In this document: piece by piece, positions 18,975 through 27,676 of the stretch | How the letters are laid out: each line of letters begins with the position of its first letter | Numbering within the stretch: the stretch's first letter is position 1 | Virus record (IMG/VR): IMGVR_UViG_3300027785_000056 | Coordinates: 1 to 38,241 of that record | Direction: 5' to 3' (one strand) | DNA from: a virus | Taxonomy: Duplodnaviria; Caudoviricetes | Length of the DNA stretch: 38,241 nucleotides | Made by a program: the position numbers and the translations under genes | Notes under the pieces: model-generated | Databases searched by the model: none | Told to the model about the DNA's origin: nothing | The model's input: only the letters and a program-made list of their open reading frames with translations

Positions 18975-20092
18975 TTATTCACCTTAAAACCCCAATTTGC
19001 AAGTCCACGGCCTTCATCATATAGAACTGCTGAAATTCTTACATTGCATTCAGGTTCTAACAAAGCGCTCATTTTTCCATATGGAGTATTGCATACTTGT
19101 GAGGTCAAAGTAGACCAAGTTGAATTAATTTGTAAAAGACCAGAGTCATATGAGGCAACCGCTTTACACTTCTTATAAATGTTTGCTGGTGCAAGTTTAC
19201 AGTTCCAGTGTCCACTTCCCTGCTTATAGTTCCATCCAATTGCTTTTGAAAGGCAACGAGATTCGCGATACATAATGTATGAGTAAAGTTGAACTGGAAG
19301 TTCATATTTTTTAAGTAGTGGCTCCCATTCAGGACAACGCATTGTCTTGTCTGAAGGAACCCGCTTCATGGCCTGTCGAATTCTATTTCTTTCTTCAGTG
19401 CTTCTTTTAACTTGCACAGAGTTTCCAATAGAACTTTTGCTTACAGAACTTTTTTTAACATTATTATTTTGTTTTGAGTTTTCTGTCGCAGTTGGGCGGG
19501 TCTTCAGCCACTCAGTCATTCCTGCTTGGGTGTACCTATCTCGTGCAGGTTTGCGTGTTTTCCAGTTCACACAATTCTTTCCCCAGTTCTTCATGCTTCT
19601 CCAACCAACTGCTGGTCGGAAGTAAGGATTTTTATTTAACTTGTCATCTAAAGTTCCAAAGGTATTCTTTGTCTGGAATCCAAAGAAAGCAGTACGGTTG
19701 GCAACAATAATCTGTTCTTCTTTAGTTGCCTTAGATGGGCGAGATGCAAACTGCTTGCCTCCGTAGTTCACCCATACTGACTGAGCCATGCCAAGTCCGC
19801 CTGAGTAATAGCCACCATCATTCCATTTATGGTTGGTCTCACACCAAGAGACTGCTTCCCAAAATTTAATTGAGCCACCCTTTTTCGATTTTAGTTGATG
19901 CTGAAGTTCAACGGGCAATTCGACTAGACCCATTTGTTTCACTTTCCCAGAAAAGTCATTCTTGACTGAAAGTGTTGAAACCTGTGTTGTTATTGGTGTT
20001 GTAATTTTTTGTTCGGGTTTGTCAAATACTCCAGAGAGTAAAGTCAAAGTAGCGGTTAAAAGGGCAATGATAGTACGGTAACTTAAAACCAT
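18971..20092 (-). CDS. Secreted or anchored muralytic enzyme with Rpf-like and SLT-like transglycosylase domains
   Basis: N-terminal hydrophobic signal; WEAVSWCET...GGL...W..YGG..FA..PS.ATKEEQI (Rpf-like); MYRESRC...DSGLLQIN...L.PECNV (SLT-like). Confidence 0.85.
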   Translation of the reverse strand: MVLSYRTIIALLTATLTLLSGVFDKPEQKITTPITTQVSTLSVKNDFSGKVKQMGLVELPVELQHQLKSKKGGSIKFWEAVSWCETNHKWNDGGYYSGGLGMAQSVWVNYGGKQFASRPSKATKEEQIIVANRTAFFGFQTKNTFGTLDDKLNKNPYFRPAVGWRSMKNWGKNCVNWKTRKPARDRYTQAGMTEWLKTRPTATENSKQNNNVKKSSVSKSSIGNSVQVKRSTEERNRIRQAMKRVPSDKTMRCPEWEPLLKKYELPVQLYSYIMYRESRCLSKAIGWNYKQGSGHWNCKLAPANIYKKCKAVASYDSGLLQINSTWSTLTSQVCNTPYGKMSALLEPECNVRISAVLYDEGRGLANWGFKVNK

Positions 20093-20106
20093 ATGTTCTC
20101 CTTGTC

Positions 20107-20544
20107 CTACTGCGGCGGCAACCTTTTGGTAAGATTGAGACGCTCTGCCTCAGCGGGATTATCGTGTTTCCAGGTGTGATGCGCTCGGCACAACACCTGA
20201 CAGTTGGATGCGTCTAAATGGGAACCGCCTCTGCCGCGTGGAATAATCTCATCGACATCTAATGGTCCCCAACATTCTATTAAGTTTACAATATGCTTTG
20301 CTTGACATTGCATATGGTCTCTCAATAGAACTTCTATTCTAACAACTTCCCTATCTCGCATTTGCGATTTAGTTTTTTTGCTAAACATGTTGACTGGACC
20401 CCTTTTCATAGAAGAGGGGCGGTCTTCACATTCATACACTCTAGCGATTCCATCCGAATAAACACGCAAAGAACCATAAATAGGGCAATTTTCTTTAGAA
20501 CAGTTCTCTTTTCTGCCTTCACATTCACCTTTTCTTTTATTCAC
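20107..20544 (-). CDS. HNH-like endonuclease
   Basis: RD..CQ...C..PLDVDEIIPRGRGGS..DASNCQVLCRAHH; adjacent to TerL. Confidence 0.75.
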   Translation of the reverse strand: MNKRKGECEGRKENCSKENCPIYGSLRVYSDGIARVYECEDRPSSMKRGPVNMFSKKTKSQMRDREVVRIEVLLRDHMQCQAKHIVNLIECWGPLDVDEIIPRGRGGSHLDASNCQVLCRAHHTWKHDNPAEAERLNLTKRLPPQ

Positions 20545-21869
20545 AATATGATTCTTACCTTTGTTTTGTTGTTTTTACCGACTAATGCCTGTATAGCGCC
20601 TGATACAGCATCAACTTGGTCATCGTGCGCACCATATGGGAATACTTCGCATTCGTCAATTAAAATGCTGTTCCATCCTGCTCGCATAACAAATACATTT
20701 CCAGATTCAGATGCTGAAGAAAATACTGAAGCGCGTTCTTGTTTAGAACCAGATGCTCTGATTCCGCGAAAGTTATAACCTTGTAAAACAGTTCGTGCGT
20801 AGTGGTCAATAACATTCACTCCAGATGAACCTGGTTCTTGCTCCATGATAATTGCTGTTCCAATTCCGTCACGAGATGCAGTTTGAGTAATCTTTTTTTC
20901 TACTTCGTATGGAGTACCACGCATACGCTCAATGTCCAAGATGAAGTATCTTCCATCCTTCATTCCAACAAGTGCGCCTACCGTCCAGTCAGGGTCATTG
21001 CTTTTTGTTTTTACAGTTGCCGCCAAGTCCCAGTATCTAACTGTTTTCATTCCTTCTGGAATATTGCCAGTGATTTGAAACCAGTCACCCTTAAACATTC
21101 CGCCTTCTTCGCGGATGTCCCAGTTACCATCAAGCAGTCGTGAACGCTCTACATAGTCAAGTTCATTAAGACCCTTGATATACGCTTCGGCATCAAGAGA
21201 TGGGTTATCACTAATTCTTGAAGGCATAAACTTTCGCTCTGTGCTTTTGTTAAGAATGAAACGCTCGTACACCCAGTTGTTTCCAGGACCACCTGGGTTT
21301 GTCGCTCCTCTTGTTCTAAGAGGAATGTCTGCTGCTGTTAATCCACAATCAGGACATGCTTTCATGTCTGCTTGGACTGCTGGCTTACGAACACGAGAGA
21401 ACCCAACATAGCGATAAACGCGGTCAGTCTTCCACTGTGTTAATTCGTCTACTCCAACAAAGTGATAAGCAAATGACTGGAACTTATAACGGTCCTCATC
21501 TCGTTCACAATGGTCAAAAGAAAGCATTGCTCCAGAGGGGAATGTCCAACGCTTATTGGTTACGGAATATGTAGCGCCACTTCCAGCAAGCCATTCGTTA
21601 CAACGGTCGATAAAACCGTCTGGTCCAGAAAGTTGTGGGTATGTCTGACGCAAAAGAAGCGCCGAATACCCAGGGATACATACATACTGAAGAGCACTTA
21701 GTAGGAGAGTGTCAGACTTTCCACCACCAGCGGCTCCACCAAATAGTGCTTCTCTAGTCGTTCCCCATGTCAGGAACGCTGTCTGCTTCGGGTGAGGCGT
21801 GTGGGGAAGCCTCAGTGCGCACGGCTGTTTCCAGTCCGTTAGTGTCGATAATTGGTCCCGTGATGTCAT
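20541..21869 (-). CDS. terL: Terminase large subunit
   Basis: Walker A GGAAGGGKS, Walker B VGVDE, ATNP, nuclease motifs YWDLA and HDDQVDA. Confidence 0.96.
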   Translation of the reverse strand: MTSRDQLSTLTDWKQPCALRLPHTPHPKQTAFLTWGTTREALFGGAAGGGKSDTLLLSALQYVCIPGYSALLLRQTYPQLSGPDGFIDRCNEWLAGSGATYSVTNKRWTFPSGAMLSFDHCERDEDRYKFQSFAYHFVGVDELTQWKTDRVYRYVGFSRVRKPAVQADMKACPDCGLTAADIPLRTRGATNPGGPGNNWVYERFILNKSTERKFMPSRISDNPSLDAEAYIKGLNELDYVERSRLLDGNWDIREEGGMFKGDWFQITGNIPEGMKTVRYWDLAATVKTKSNDPDWTVGALVGMKDGRYFILDIERMRGTPYEVEKKITQTASRDGIGTAIIMEQEPGSSGVNVIDHYARTVLQGYNFRGIRASGSKQERASVFSSASESGNVFVMRAGWNSILIDECEVFPYGAHDDQVDAVSGAIQALVGKNNKTKVRIIL

Positions 21870-22443
21870 CTATAACCTCTGCATCAATAGTGCCGTCCCA
21901 TGCATTAAGAACATTGTTTGGCAGGTCTCCTGCTTCGACAAGTGCTGCAAGTACGGCGCGTTTTCTATCTTCATCTTCAACAAGAGAATGTCTCATCTCT
22001 GTTTGTATTGCTCCACCGCCAAGGCCAGTAAGTTCTACCTTGAGGGTATTTGAGTCACCCCATTCATCAGGCCAGCGCTTAGCAAGGAATGCTTGAGCGG
22101 CTTTCCAGTCGCCTTGACGGGCTTCTCTAAACCAAGAGACCACAAGACCTGCTTGTGCTTCTGCTTCGGCCTTCATCATGCTTTGCACGAATTCAAGATA
22201 TGGGGCTTCTAGTTTGGTTGGTGCTTCACCTTGTTCGATGCGCCACTGTTCTTCTGAACCGCGCTTAACCCATCCTGATACTGCTGACTTAGAAATACCT
22301 GCTGCCTGCGCGGCCATTGAAGGACGCATGCCTGCACGAATCAAATCCACAATGGTTGGACCCAAGATTTCACAAGTTGTGACTTGAACTCCACCAATTT
22401 TTCGTGGTGCAGCATCACCGACAGCCTTTTTCCGCTCAGCCAT
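21754..22443 (-). CDS. Terminase small subunit
   Basis: HTH (AAQAAGISKSAVSGW) and DWKAAQAFLAKRWPDEWG motif; directly upstream of TerL with a 116-nt overlap. Confidence 0.8.
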   Translation of the reverse strand: MAERKKAVGDAAPRKIGGVQVTTCEILGPTIVDLIRAGMRPSMAAQAAGISKSAVSGWVKRGSEEQWRIEQGEAPTKLEAPYLEFVQSMMKAEAEAQAGLVVSWFREARQGDWKAAQAFLAKRWPDEWGDSNTLKVELTGLGGGAIQTEMRHSLVEDEDRKRAVLAALVEAGDLPNNVLNAWDGTIDAEVIDDITGPIIDTNGLETAVRTEASPHASPEADSVPDMGND

Positions 22444-22697
22444 TATTTATCCGAAAGTTTCTGAATATACATTAAATTTCGAGGCTTAGGGACATGCGTT
22501 CTAACTTTAATATTGTGACGGGCTGCAGCCATGTATACAGCAGACCTCATCGATTCAATATCTGCATCGAAATCTTCACCTTGTTTGAGAAGCCAGACGC
22601 TTCCATCAAACCATTTGCTCCACGGATACTTCTCTTCGTTTGCTCGTGGTGGGAATCTAAGTTCTCCTAGAATATCGTCACTCATCTTGTTCTCCAT
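22443..22697 (-). CDS. Phage hypothetical protein
   Basis: KYPWSKWFDGSVWLLKQGEDF motif recalled from actinophage proteins. Confidence 0.7.
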   Translation of the reverse strand: MENKMSDDILGELRFPPRANEEKYPWSKWFDGSVWLLKQGEDFDADIESMRSAVYMAAARHNIKVRTHVPKPRNLMYIQKLSDK

Positions 22698-23034
22698 ATT
22701 GTTTATCTAATTCGCCGTTTATTGGTTTCCCAGGATTTTCTTTCATCCACTCGGAAACTACCTCTTTAAGTTCTTCTTCATTATTTCTAATGTTGTCTAC
22801 GATTGTCGCAATCCATCCAGTAGTAAAACCAGTTGCCTGAGCAATTGCTTCCATAGAGCCACCACCAGTGCGCCATACATTAAAAATGTCCCACCTAAGT
22901 TTCTTAGTGGCAATGTCTGCCTGATTCCTAAGAACTTCTACTGCTTGCCTGCGCCGTCCTAAGCGTTCTAAGTCTTCTTTACGGACTTGTTTAACTCGCG
23001 ACACCTTTGGCATCTCGCTAACGCGCTTAGCCAT
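22678..23034 (-). CDS. Putative HTH DNA-binding protein
   Basis: SMEAIAQATGFTTGWIATIV HTH-like segment. Confidence 0.65.
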   Translation of the reverse strand: MAKRVSEMPKVSRVKQVRKEDLERLGRRRQAVEVLRNQADIATKKLRWDIFNVWRTGGGSMEAIAQATGFTTGWIATIVDNIRNNEEELKEVVSEWMKENPGKPINGELDKQYGEQDE

Positions 23035-23035
23035 G

Positions 23036-23260
23036 TCAGAGGCCTTGCGTCAGTTGCTTGTACACATCTGGACGATTTGTGATAATCCAGTCCAATGCAT
23101 CTCTCGCTACCTTTTGGAATTCGTACTGTGTTTCAGGCGAACCTGACCTACGGTACTTCTTCAGGTATTCACTATTGGCCCGCTTGCAGTCTGGACACCT
23201 ACACAGGTGCTTAATGTATGTAGTTCGATTGCCATGTCGAAGACTTTTATTAATATACAC
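23036..23260 (-). CDS. Small Zn-binding protein
   Basis: HGNRTTY..HLCRCPDCKRAN motif. Confidence 0.7.
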   Translation of the reverse strand: MYINKSLRHGNRTTYIKHLCRCPDCKRANSEYLKKYRRSGSPETQYEFQKVARDALDWIITNRPDVYKQLTQGL

Positions 23261-23262
23261 AA

Positions 23263-23667
23263 TTACGCTTCTAGATAGTTCTGAAGGTCACCATTGTATT
23301 CAGGACACAGATACATAATTGCTCCAGTAATTACTGCTGCGTACAATTCTCTGTCTGAAGTAGATTCTGCATAACTGTTAAGCAATGCAACTACCTTCTG
23401 TACAGAATTGCCAGCATCAAGAGACTGACAAACCAAGTCACCAAATTCAATAACATCCGCCTTTGATTCACTATTAGCCTGACCAGAGTTCTTGAGAACA
23501 TGAGCGTAATAGTCGTCATACTTGTTTGTTACTGGTTCTTGATATTCAACTACCGTTGTGGGTGCAGACACTTCTTTAATAATTGTCTTTGTTCCACATC
23601 CCAACAGCAAGATTGCTGTAAAGAAAGCGATTACTGCTAGTCCAGTGATTTTTACTAATTTTTTCAT
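23263..23667 (-). CDS. Lipoprotein, DUF732-like
   Basis: Lipobox LLLGC; GDLVCQSLDAG...AIMYLCPEY. Confidence 0.75.
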   Translation of the reverse strand: MKKLVKITGLAVIAFFTAILLLGCGTKTIIKEVSAPTTVVEYQEPVTNKYDDYYAHVLKNSGQANSESKADVIEFGDLVCQSLDAGNSVQKVVALLNSYAESTSDRELYAAVITGAIMYLCPEYNGDLQNYLEA

Positions 23668-23910
23668 TTATTTATCCTTACATTCGTAACAGGTGTTCAC
23701 AGTATCATTTTCGTAATCATGAACTGCATACATATCGAACAATGCAGTCACAATTTCTTTTAACCACATACTGTGTGGATGTGGTAGTTCTTTTTTGATT
23801 GGTGGTGGAGAAACAGCATGCCAGCCAAGCAACTGTTCTACTTCCATCTTTTCTAATAGGTCTGCTGGTGTGTAGACCACATTAGAAATTTTTTTTTGAA
23901 TTTGGTCCAT
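23668..23910 (-). CDS. Hypothetical protein
   Basis: 80 aa; C-terminal CxxC. Confidence 0.6.
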   Translation of the reverse strand: MDQIQKKISNVVYTPADLLEKMEVEQLLGWHAVSPPPIKKELPHPHSMWLKEIVTALFDMYAVHDYENDTVNTCYECKDK

Positions 23911-23939
23911 TGTATATAATTTCTATTCACCCATATTCA

Positions 23940-23959
23940 CCTCCCCCTTCGGGGGAAGG
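23940..23959. terminator. GC hairpin with cUUCGg/cGAAg loop
   Basis: CCTCCCCC-TTCG-GGGGAAGG just downstream of the HExxH gene. Confidence 0.55.
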
Positions 23960-23966
23960 TTCCTAT

Positions 23967-24416
23967 TTATTTCCCTCGGTATGTAGGAAATTCGTAATTT
24001 ATTCCTACCTGATTAAAGCACTCCTTGAGTCTGTTAGACCAGTGCTCTCCTGCGTACATCCGTACCAACTGTAGGTAAGTCCCTCTGAAGAGGTTCGTAT
24101 GCCCTCTCTGTGGACTGGTGTGATGTGCTAACTCATGTAGTACTACCCACACCTGTGCTTTCCTACCTAGTACTACTTCCTTAGTGTCATAGTAATAAGT
24201 AGACCTACTGCCCTTGTATGAGTTCTTCCATCTGAACTTGACATCTGTAATACCCAGGGTATGTGCAATGTCTTTAGCCTCTTGGAGAGTCTCTACTCTC
24301 TTACCTAGGTCTCTATTGGCCTTATTGGACTTATGGAAGCATAAGTGCTCTGCTGCGTAGGTTTTATTGGCAAAGAACGATGGCTCGGCCTCTTCTTGTA
24401 TCTTTAATTCGAACAT
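23967..24416 (-). CDS. Zn metallopeptidase-like protein (HExxH, SprT-like)
   Basis: VVLHELAHH...GHTNLF. Confidence 0.75.
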   Translation of the reverse strand: MFELKIQEEAEPSFFANKTYAAEHLCFHKSNKANRDLGKRVETLQEAKDIAHTLGITDVKFRWKNSYKGSRSTYYYDTKEVVLGRKAQVWVVLHELAHHTSPQRGHTNLFRGTYLQLVRMYAGEHWSNRLKECFNQVGINYEFPTYRGK

Positions 24417-24423
24417 ATGTTCA
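24410..24423. promoter_or_regulatory. LexA (SOS) box over a start codon
   Basis: CGAAC-ATAT-GTTCA versus the Gram-positive/actinobacterial consensus CGAAC-N4-GTTCG. Confidence 0.55.
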
Positions 24424-24846
24424 ATCTATCTCTTTCCCTCTGGACAGTTCTTCCTTTTTATCTGCCTCTCCATCACGAATTTCGAACTTTCCTCTTGCTA
24501 ACTTGCGAAAGGAGTTCGGATGGTCAGTAATGTATTTAACAGCAGTTGGGTATGAGAATCCTGAAATATCGGCAACTTCTTGTGTTGTTATCTCGCTACC
24601 TACATTTTCCTTAATGTACTTATCGATGCTTGCATACTTAGCGGAACGCTTTTCTTTTTTTTCTGAGATGACCACTTCGTCAAACTCATTCGCTCCTACT
24701 ACCTTGATGTCAATGTTGTAGAACTGAGCAGCCTTAGATAGGGGCATTCCATCTCGCCTAGCAACATCTTTTACATATCCCCACCGTCTTGCCTCGTGTT
24801 CAAGACGGATATTTTCGAATTTAGGGATGGATGATGAATCATTCAT
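24421..24846 (-). CDS. Putative winged-HTH DNA-binding protein
   Basis: Likely start MNDSSS at 24846; ITTQEVADISGFSYPTAVKYI...FRKLARGKFEIRD. Confidence 0.7.
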   Translation of the reverse strand: MNDSSSIPKFENIRLEHEARRWGYVKDVARRDGMPLSKAAQFYNIDIKVVGANEFDEVVISEKKEKRSAKYASIDKYIKENVGSEITTQEVADISGFSYPTAVKYITDHPNSFRKLARGKFEIRDGEADKKEELSRGKEID

Positions 24847-24874
24847 GGTAATTCCTTTCTTTTTATAAGTTATT

Positions 24875-25132
24875 TTACAGAGACGAACATATGTCGCACT
24901 GGCAATGAGCATATCGCCCACCAGATGCAACGGAGCCGTTTTCACAAAATTGTGAACCGTGGTGGTTTTGTGCCGAAGCCCACCCAATTTCACAAATTGC
25001 GCAGTGATTTGTGTGAGAACAATCAGTCTTTTGTACGCGAATTTCAGTTGAACTGTTACCTGATTGGATAACACGCTCACTTCCACACTTGCAGATTTCC
25101 ACTACTTTTGCGCCATCTAGTTTTATGACCAT
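24875..25132 (-). CDS. Cys/His-rich small protein
   Basis: GGAGG SD before ATG 25132; CKC, C...HCAIC, HCQCDIC; promoter TTTACA-17-TATATT at 25158-25186. Confidence 0.7.
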   Translation of the reverse strand: MVIKLDGAKVVEICKCGSERVIQSGNSSTEIRVQKTDCSHTNHCAICEIGWASAQNHHGSQFCENGSVASGGRYAHCQCDICSSL

Positions 25133-25277
25133 CTTTACACCTCCTGTTTGGGGTATGAATATAGCGTACCACAACGGGTGTGTAAAACCAACAGGGGTCA
25201 GGTGGATAGGACGGGTAGGGGACCTATACAGTGGTATTTCGTCAAAAATGTGTGTGGGACCCGCGGGCAGCGGGCGT

Positions 25278-25391
25278 TTGTAAGGTCAGCCTAACAAGGG
25301 TGGGGGGGGTATTAACCACGCAGAGTGATGGTAGGTCAGCCTAACAGAACAGGCGTTCGGTCACTTAGAGTGATGAACGAACAAGCGTTCG
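25278..25391. promoter_or_regulatory. Operator island D: IdeR/DtxR-like x2, BldD-like x2, LexA x2
   Basis: TAAGGTCAGCCTAAC 25281, ACCACGCAGAGTGAT 25315, GTAGGTCAGCCTAAC 25331, AGAACAGGCGTTCG 25346, GTCACTTAGAGTGAT 25360, CGAACAAGCGTTCG 25378. Confidence 0.75.
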
Positions 25392-25710
25392 CCAAGCGTG
25401 AGACGCTCTGTGTGGGCTTCTAAGACACGCTACCGATAGCCAGGCCTTGCCATAGCCTAGATACCGTGCAAGAGCGTAGGAGAGCGTTGGGGCGCGTGTG
25501 GTGGTGTCGCGTGTGTGCATGGTGGCACCGTGTCGGGTGCCGTGTGTGGCTCTGTTGTGTGCGCCTGTGTGCGCCTGTGTGCGGTGTCGCGGTGCGTGTG
25601 TGGCGCGTGTGTGCATTGTCGGGCATTGTCGGGCTTGTGGGGCGTTGTGGCGCGTGTGGTGGTGGCGTGTGTGTGGCGTGTCGCGTGTCGCGTGTGTGGG
25701 CAGATAGCAA

Positions 25711-25741
25711 ACGACCCACACGCGCGAGGCGTGTGGGTCGT
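25711..25741 (-). terminator. Hairpin terminator, paralogous to 26804-26836
   Basis: ACGACCCACACGC-GCGAG-GCGTGTGGGTCGT. Confidence 0.7.
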
Positions 25742-25772
25742 GTTGTGCGTGTCGGGTTGTGTGCGTGGTGTT

Positions 25773-26171
25773 CTAGATATCTTCTGACCAAGTAAGCGCG
25801 TAGTCAGTCCACATGGCTAGCGCGTCTTCACCAAGCGCGGTGGCGCGTGTGTGTTGTTCGTGTAGTGCATTGAACACCATCGCGCGTAGGTCGCTATCTT
25901 CGACAGTCGCCCAAGCGATAGCGAGAGCACCCGACATGGCGCGCGTGAGTTCGTCTGCCTTGCGTGTTGTGCGTGTGTTGTGTGCGCGTGTGTCTTGCGC
26001 GTTCAGGCTTGCGCGGTGTGCGTGTGTGCGTGAGTGGCGTACCGTGTCGCGTGGTGTGCGTGGTGTGCGTGTTCCGAATGTCTCGCGCAATGACCACGCG
26101 ACTAGCACGATAGAGAGCGCGAGCATCGCGAACGCGAACGCGAGTGAGAGTGTGAGTGTTACAAGTTCCAT
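25773..26171 (-). CDS. Membrane-anchored hypothetical protein
   Basis: Likely start MELVTL at 26171 after an A-rich leader; N-terminal TM segment. Confidence 0.65.
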   Translation of the reverse strand: MELVTLTLSLAFAFAMLALSIVLVAWSLRETFGTRTPRTPRDTVRHSRTHAHRASLNAQDTRAHNTRTTRKADELTRAMSGALAIAWATVEDSDLRAMVFNALHEQHTRATALGEDALAMWTDYALTWSEDI

Positions 26172-26285
26172 TTGTTTTTTTCTTTCGTTGTGTGCGGTGA
26201 GTACCACACGCTAGGCGCACCGATGCATGACCGATGCGCCTAGCGCGTGGTAGGCGCGCCGTGTGTGACGCGCCTACCGTGTGCG

Positions 26286-26621
26286 CTAGTTGGCGAGTAG
26301 TGCGCCTTCATAGTCGCGCTCTACCGAGCCGAACACATCGCTACGCTCTGACGCAAGGCGGGCGGTGGTTGCCTCTGCCATGAGTGACACGCGGAGCATT
26401 TCGCGCTCTGCAATGTTTGCCGAGTTGCGTTGTGCCTTCTTCGCAAGTGCGGTGAGTTGTTGCGTGGTGAATGTGACACCGCTAGCAAGTGCTAGGCGTT
26501 GCGTGTGGTTCATGCCTGCCGTTGGCAAGAATGACGCGCGGAGTGCCTCGCCTGCCGTGCTACTGATGCGAACCAGTACACCATTGCGGTACACCGTGAC
26601 TTTGTTGGTATTTGTGGACAT
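26286..26621 (-). CDS. Hypothetical early protein with RDYEGA C-terminus
   Basis: GAGGT SD before MSTNTNK; promoter TTGCCA-17-GACAAT at 26670-26698. Confidence 0.75.
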   Translation of the reverse strand: MSTNTNKVTVYRNGVLVRISSTAGEALRASFLPTAGMNHTQRLALASGVTFTTQQLTALAKKAQRNSANIAEREMLRVSLMAEATTARLASERSDVFGSVERDYEGALLAN

Positions 26622-26803
26622 GACAACCTCTTTCGTGGTTAGCGTTTCGGCGGGATTGCCGATTTGCATATTGTCAAACTATCGGGGATAAGTGGCAATG
26701 TGGTGGATTGTTTGAGATTATTTATTTGTAGTGTGCAAGTATCGGCTCTGAGCCTTATGGCATAAGGGTTTGCGCTCTCAGATTATTTTTCCCAATAACG
26801 ACA

Positions 26804-26836
26804 AAAGCCCCACACGCGCTAGGCGTGTGGGGCTTT
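26804..26836 (-). terminator. Hairpin terminator
   Basis: AAAGCCCCACACGC-GCTAG-GCGTGTGGGGCTTT. Confidence 0.75.
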
Positions 26837-26850
26837 CCGTGTGGGTTTGG

Positions 26851-27000
26851 TTAGTCGTATCGGTTCGAGTCCGTTTGGTCGTACTTGTCTTCTTCTTCCA
26901 TGTCGTAATCGCAACAACCACAATCGCAATCTTCGTTGATTATCTCGTCAAACTCTCCTGTAAGACATTCGCCAGTTTCGTAGTTCATAGTTCCCATTGT
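26851..27000 (-). CDS. Small acidic Cys-rich protein (start approximate)
   Basis: MGTMNYETGEC...DCDCGCCDY; GAGG SD. Confidence 0.6.
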   Translation of the reverse strand, partial: TMGTMNYETGECLTGEFDEIINEDCDCGCCDYDMEEEDKYDQTDSNRYD

Positions 27001-27129
27001 GTCGCCTCTTTCGTAGGTCACGGCGGAAGTGCCGTACTGACATACTAGGGCACACTCTCCCACATTCCACCATTCCACCCATGATTATTTTTCGGCGTGA
27101 TTATCGGGGGCGCGAGACGGGCGAGCCGA

Positions 27130-27337
27130 TACCCTGTGAGTGGGTAGCGTCACGGTAGGTGAGACCACACAGAGTGACGGCGTGGGTCGGTTGCGTTACG
27201 GTACGAGAAAACGCTGTGAGTGGTCGGAGTCGGTGGCATTATGCAACCTATTGGGTCGGTTTCATAAAAAGACCCGCATCCCCTGCGCGTGAAAAATGGT
27301 ATTAAATACATAATAATCCCAAGTAAAATGATTTCCA
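27130..27337. promoter_or_regulatory. Operator island A plus AT-rich 45-bp element
   Basis: BldD-like boxes at 27149 and 27164; GGCATTATGCAACC 27235; GGGTCGGTTTCATAA 27253; AAAAATGGTA...AGTAAAATGATTTCCA 27292-27337. Confidence 0.6.
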
Positions 27338-27676
27338 GACCTCGGTGTGGGCCTCCCCCGCTTGTGGGTGGGAGAGCCTTCGGTCCTTCCTGTGCCCGCG
27401 TGTCGCTTTAGCCCCGCAGTTTCTCGTTCCTAAGTTGGAGTCCTGGGTTCGTTTGGCTTTTACCGCGGGTTGAATCTCCCTCATCCCGCGTTTTTTTATT
27501 TCTCTTCCCGCGTTTTTGTTTTAAACCCGCAATCTTTATTTTAAAGTTGCCTCTCCACCGTCGGTCTGTCGATTTGTAATTGCTCTCAGGAGAGCGCCCT
27601 AGGCGATTGTCCTGCAATGTCTAATCCCTCAGTTGGCAAGTCCCTGAGTCGCTGTCCTCGTCCCTTTGGGATGGCT

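Larger units (their letters stand above)
25490..26280. repeat. Low-complexity GT/GC alternating purine-pyrimidine region
   Basis: GTGTG/GCGCGTGT runs; A is almost absent on the + strand over 25490-25700. Confidence 0.85.

Noticed and set aside
20107-20544. Asp-Glu in place of Asp-His in the HNH motif
   Set aside because: Variants at this position occur in phage HNH-like proteins; loss of function cannot be inferred by eye
25365-25795. Overlapping His/Thr/Arg or Cys/Val-rich ORFs in several frames
   Set aside because: Artefacts of the stop-poor GT/CA low-complexity tract; no SD or promoter
27302-27617. ORFs 27302-27484 and 27408-27617
   Set aside because: No clear promoter; the first runs into the AT-rich element. 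A short basic protein cannot be excluded but is not supported well enough to call.
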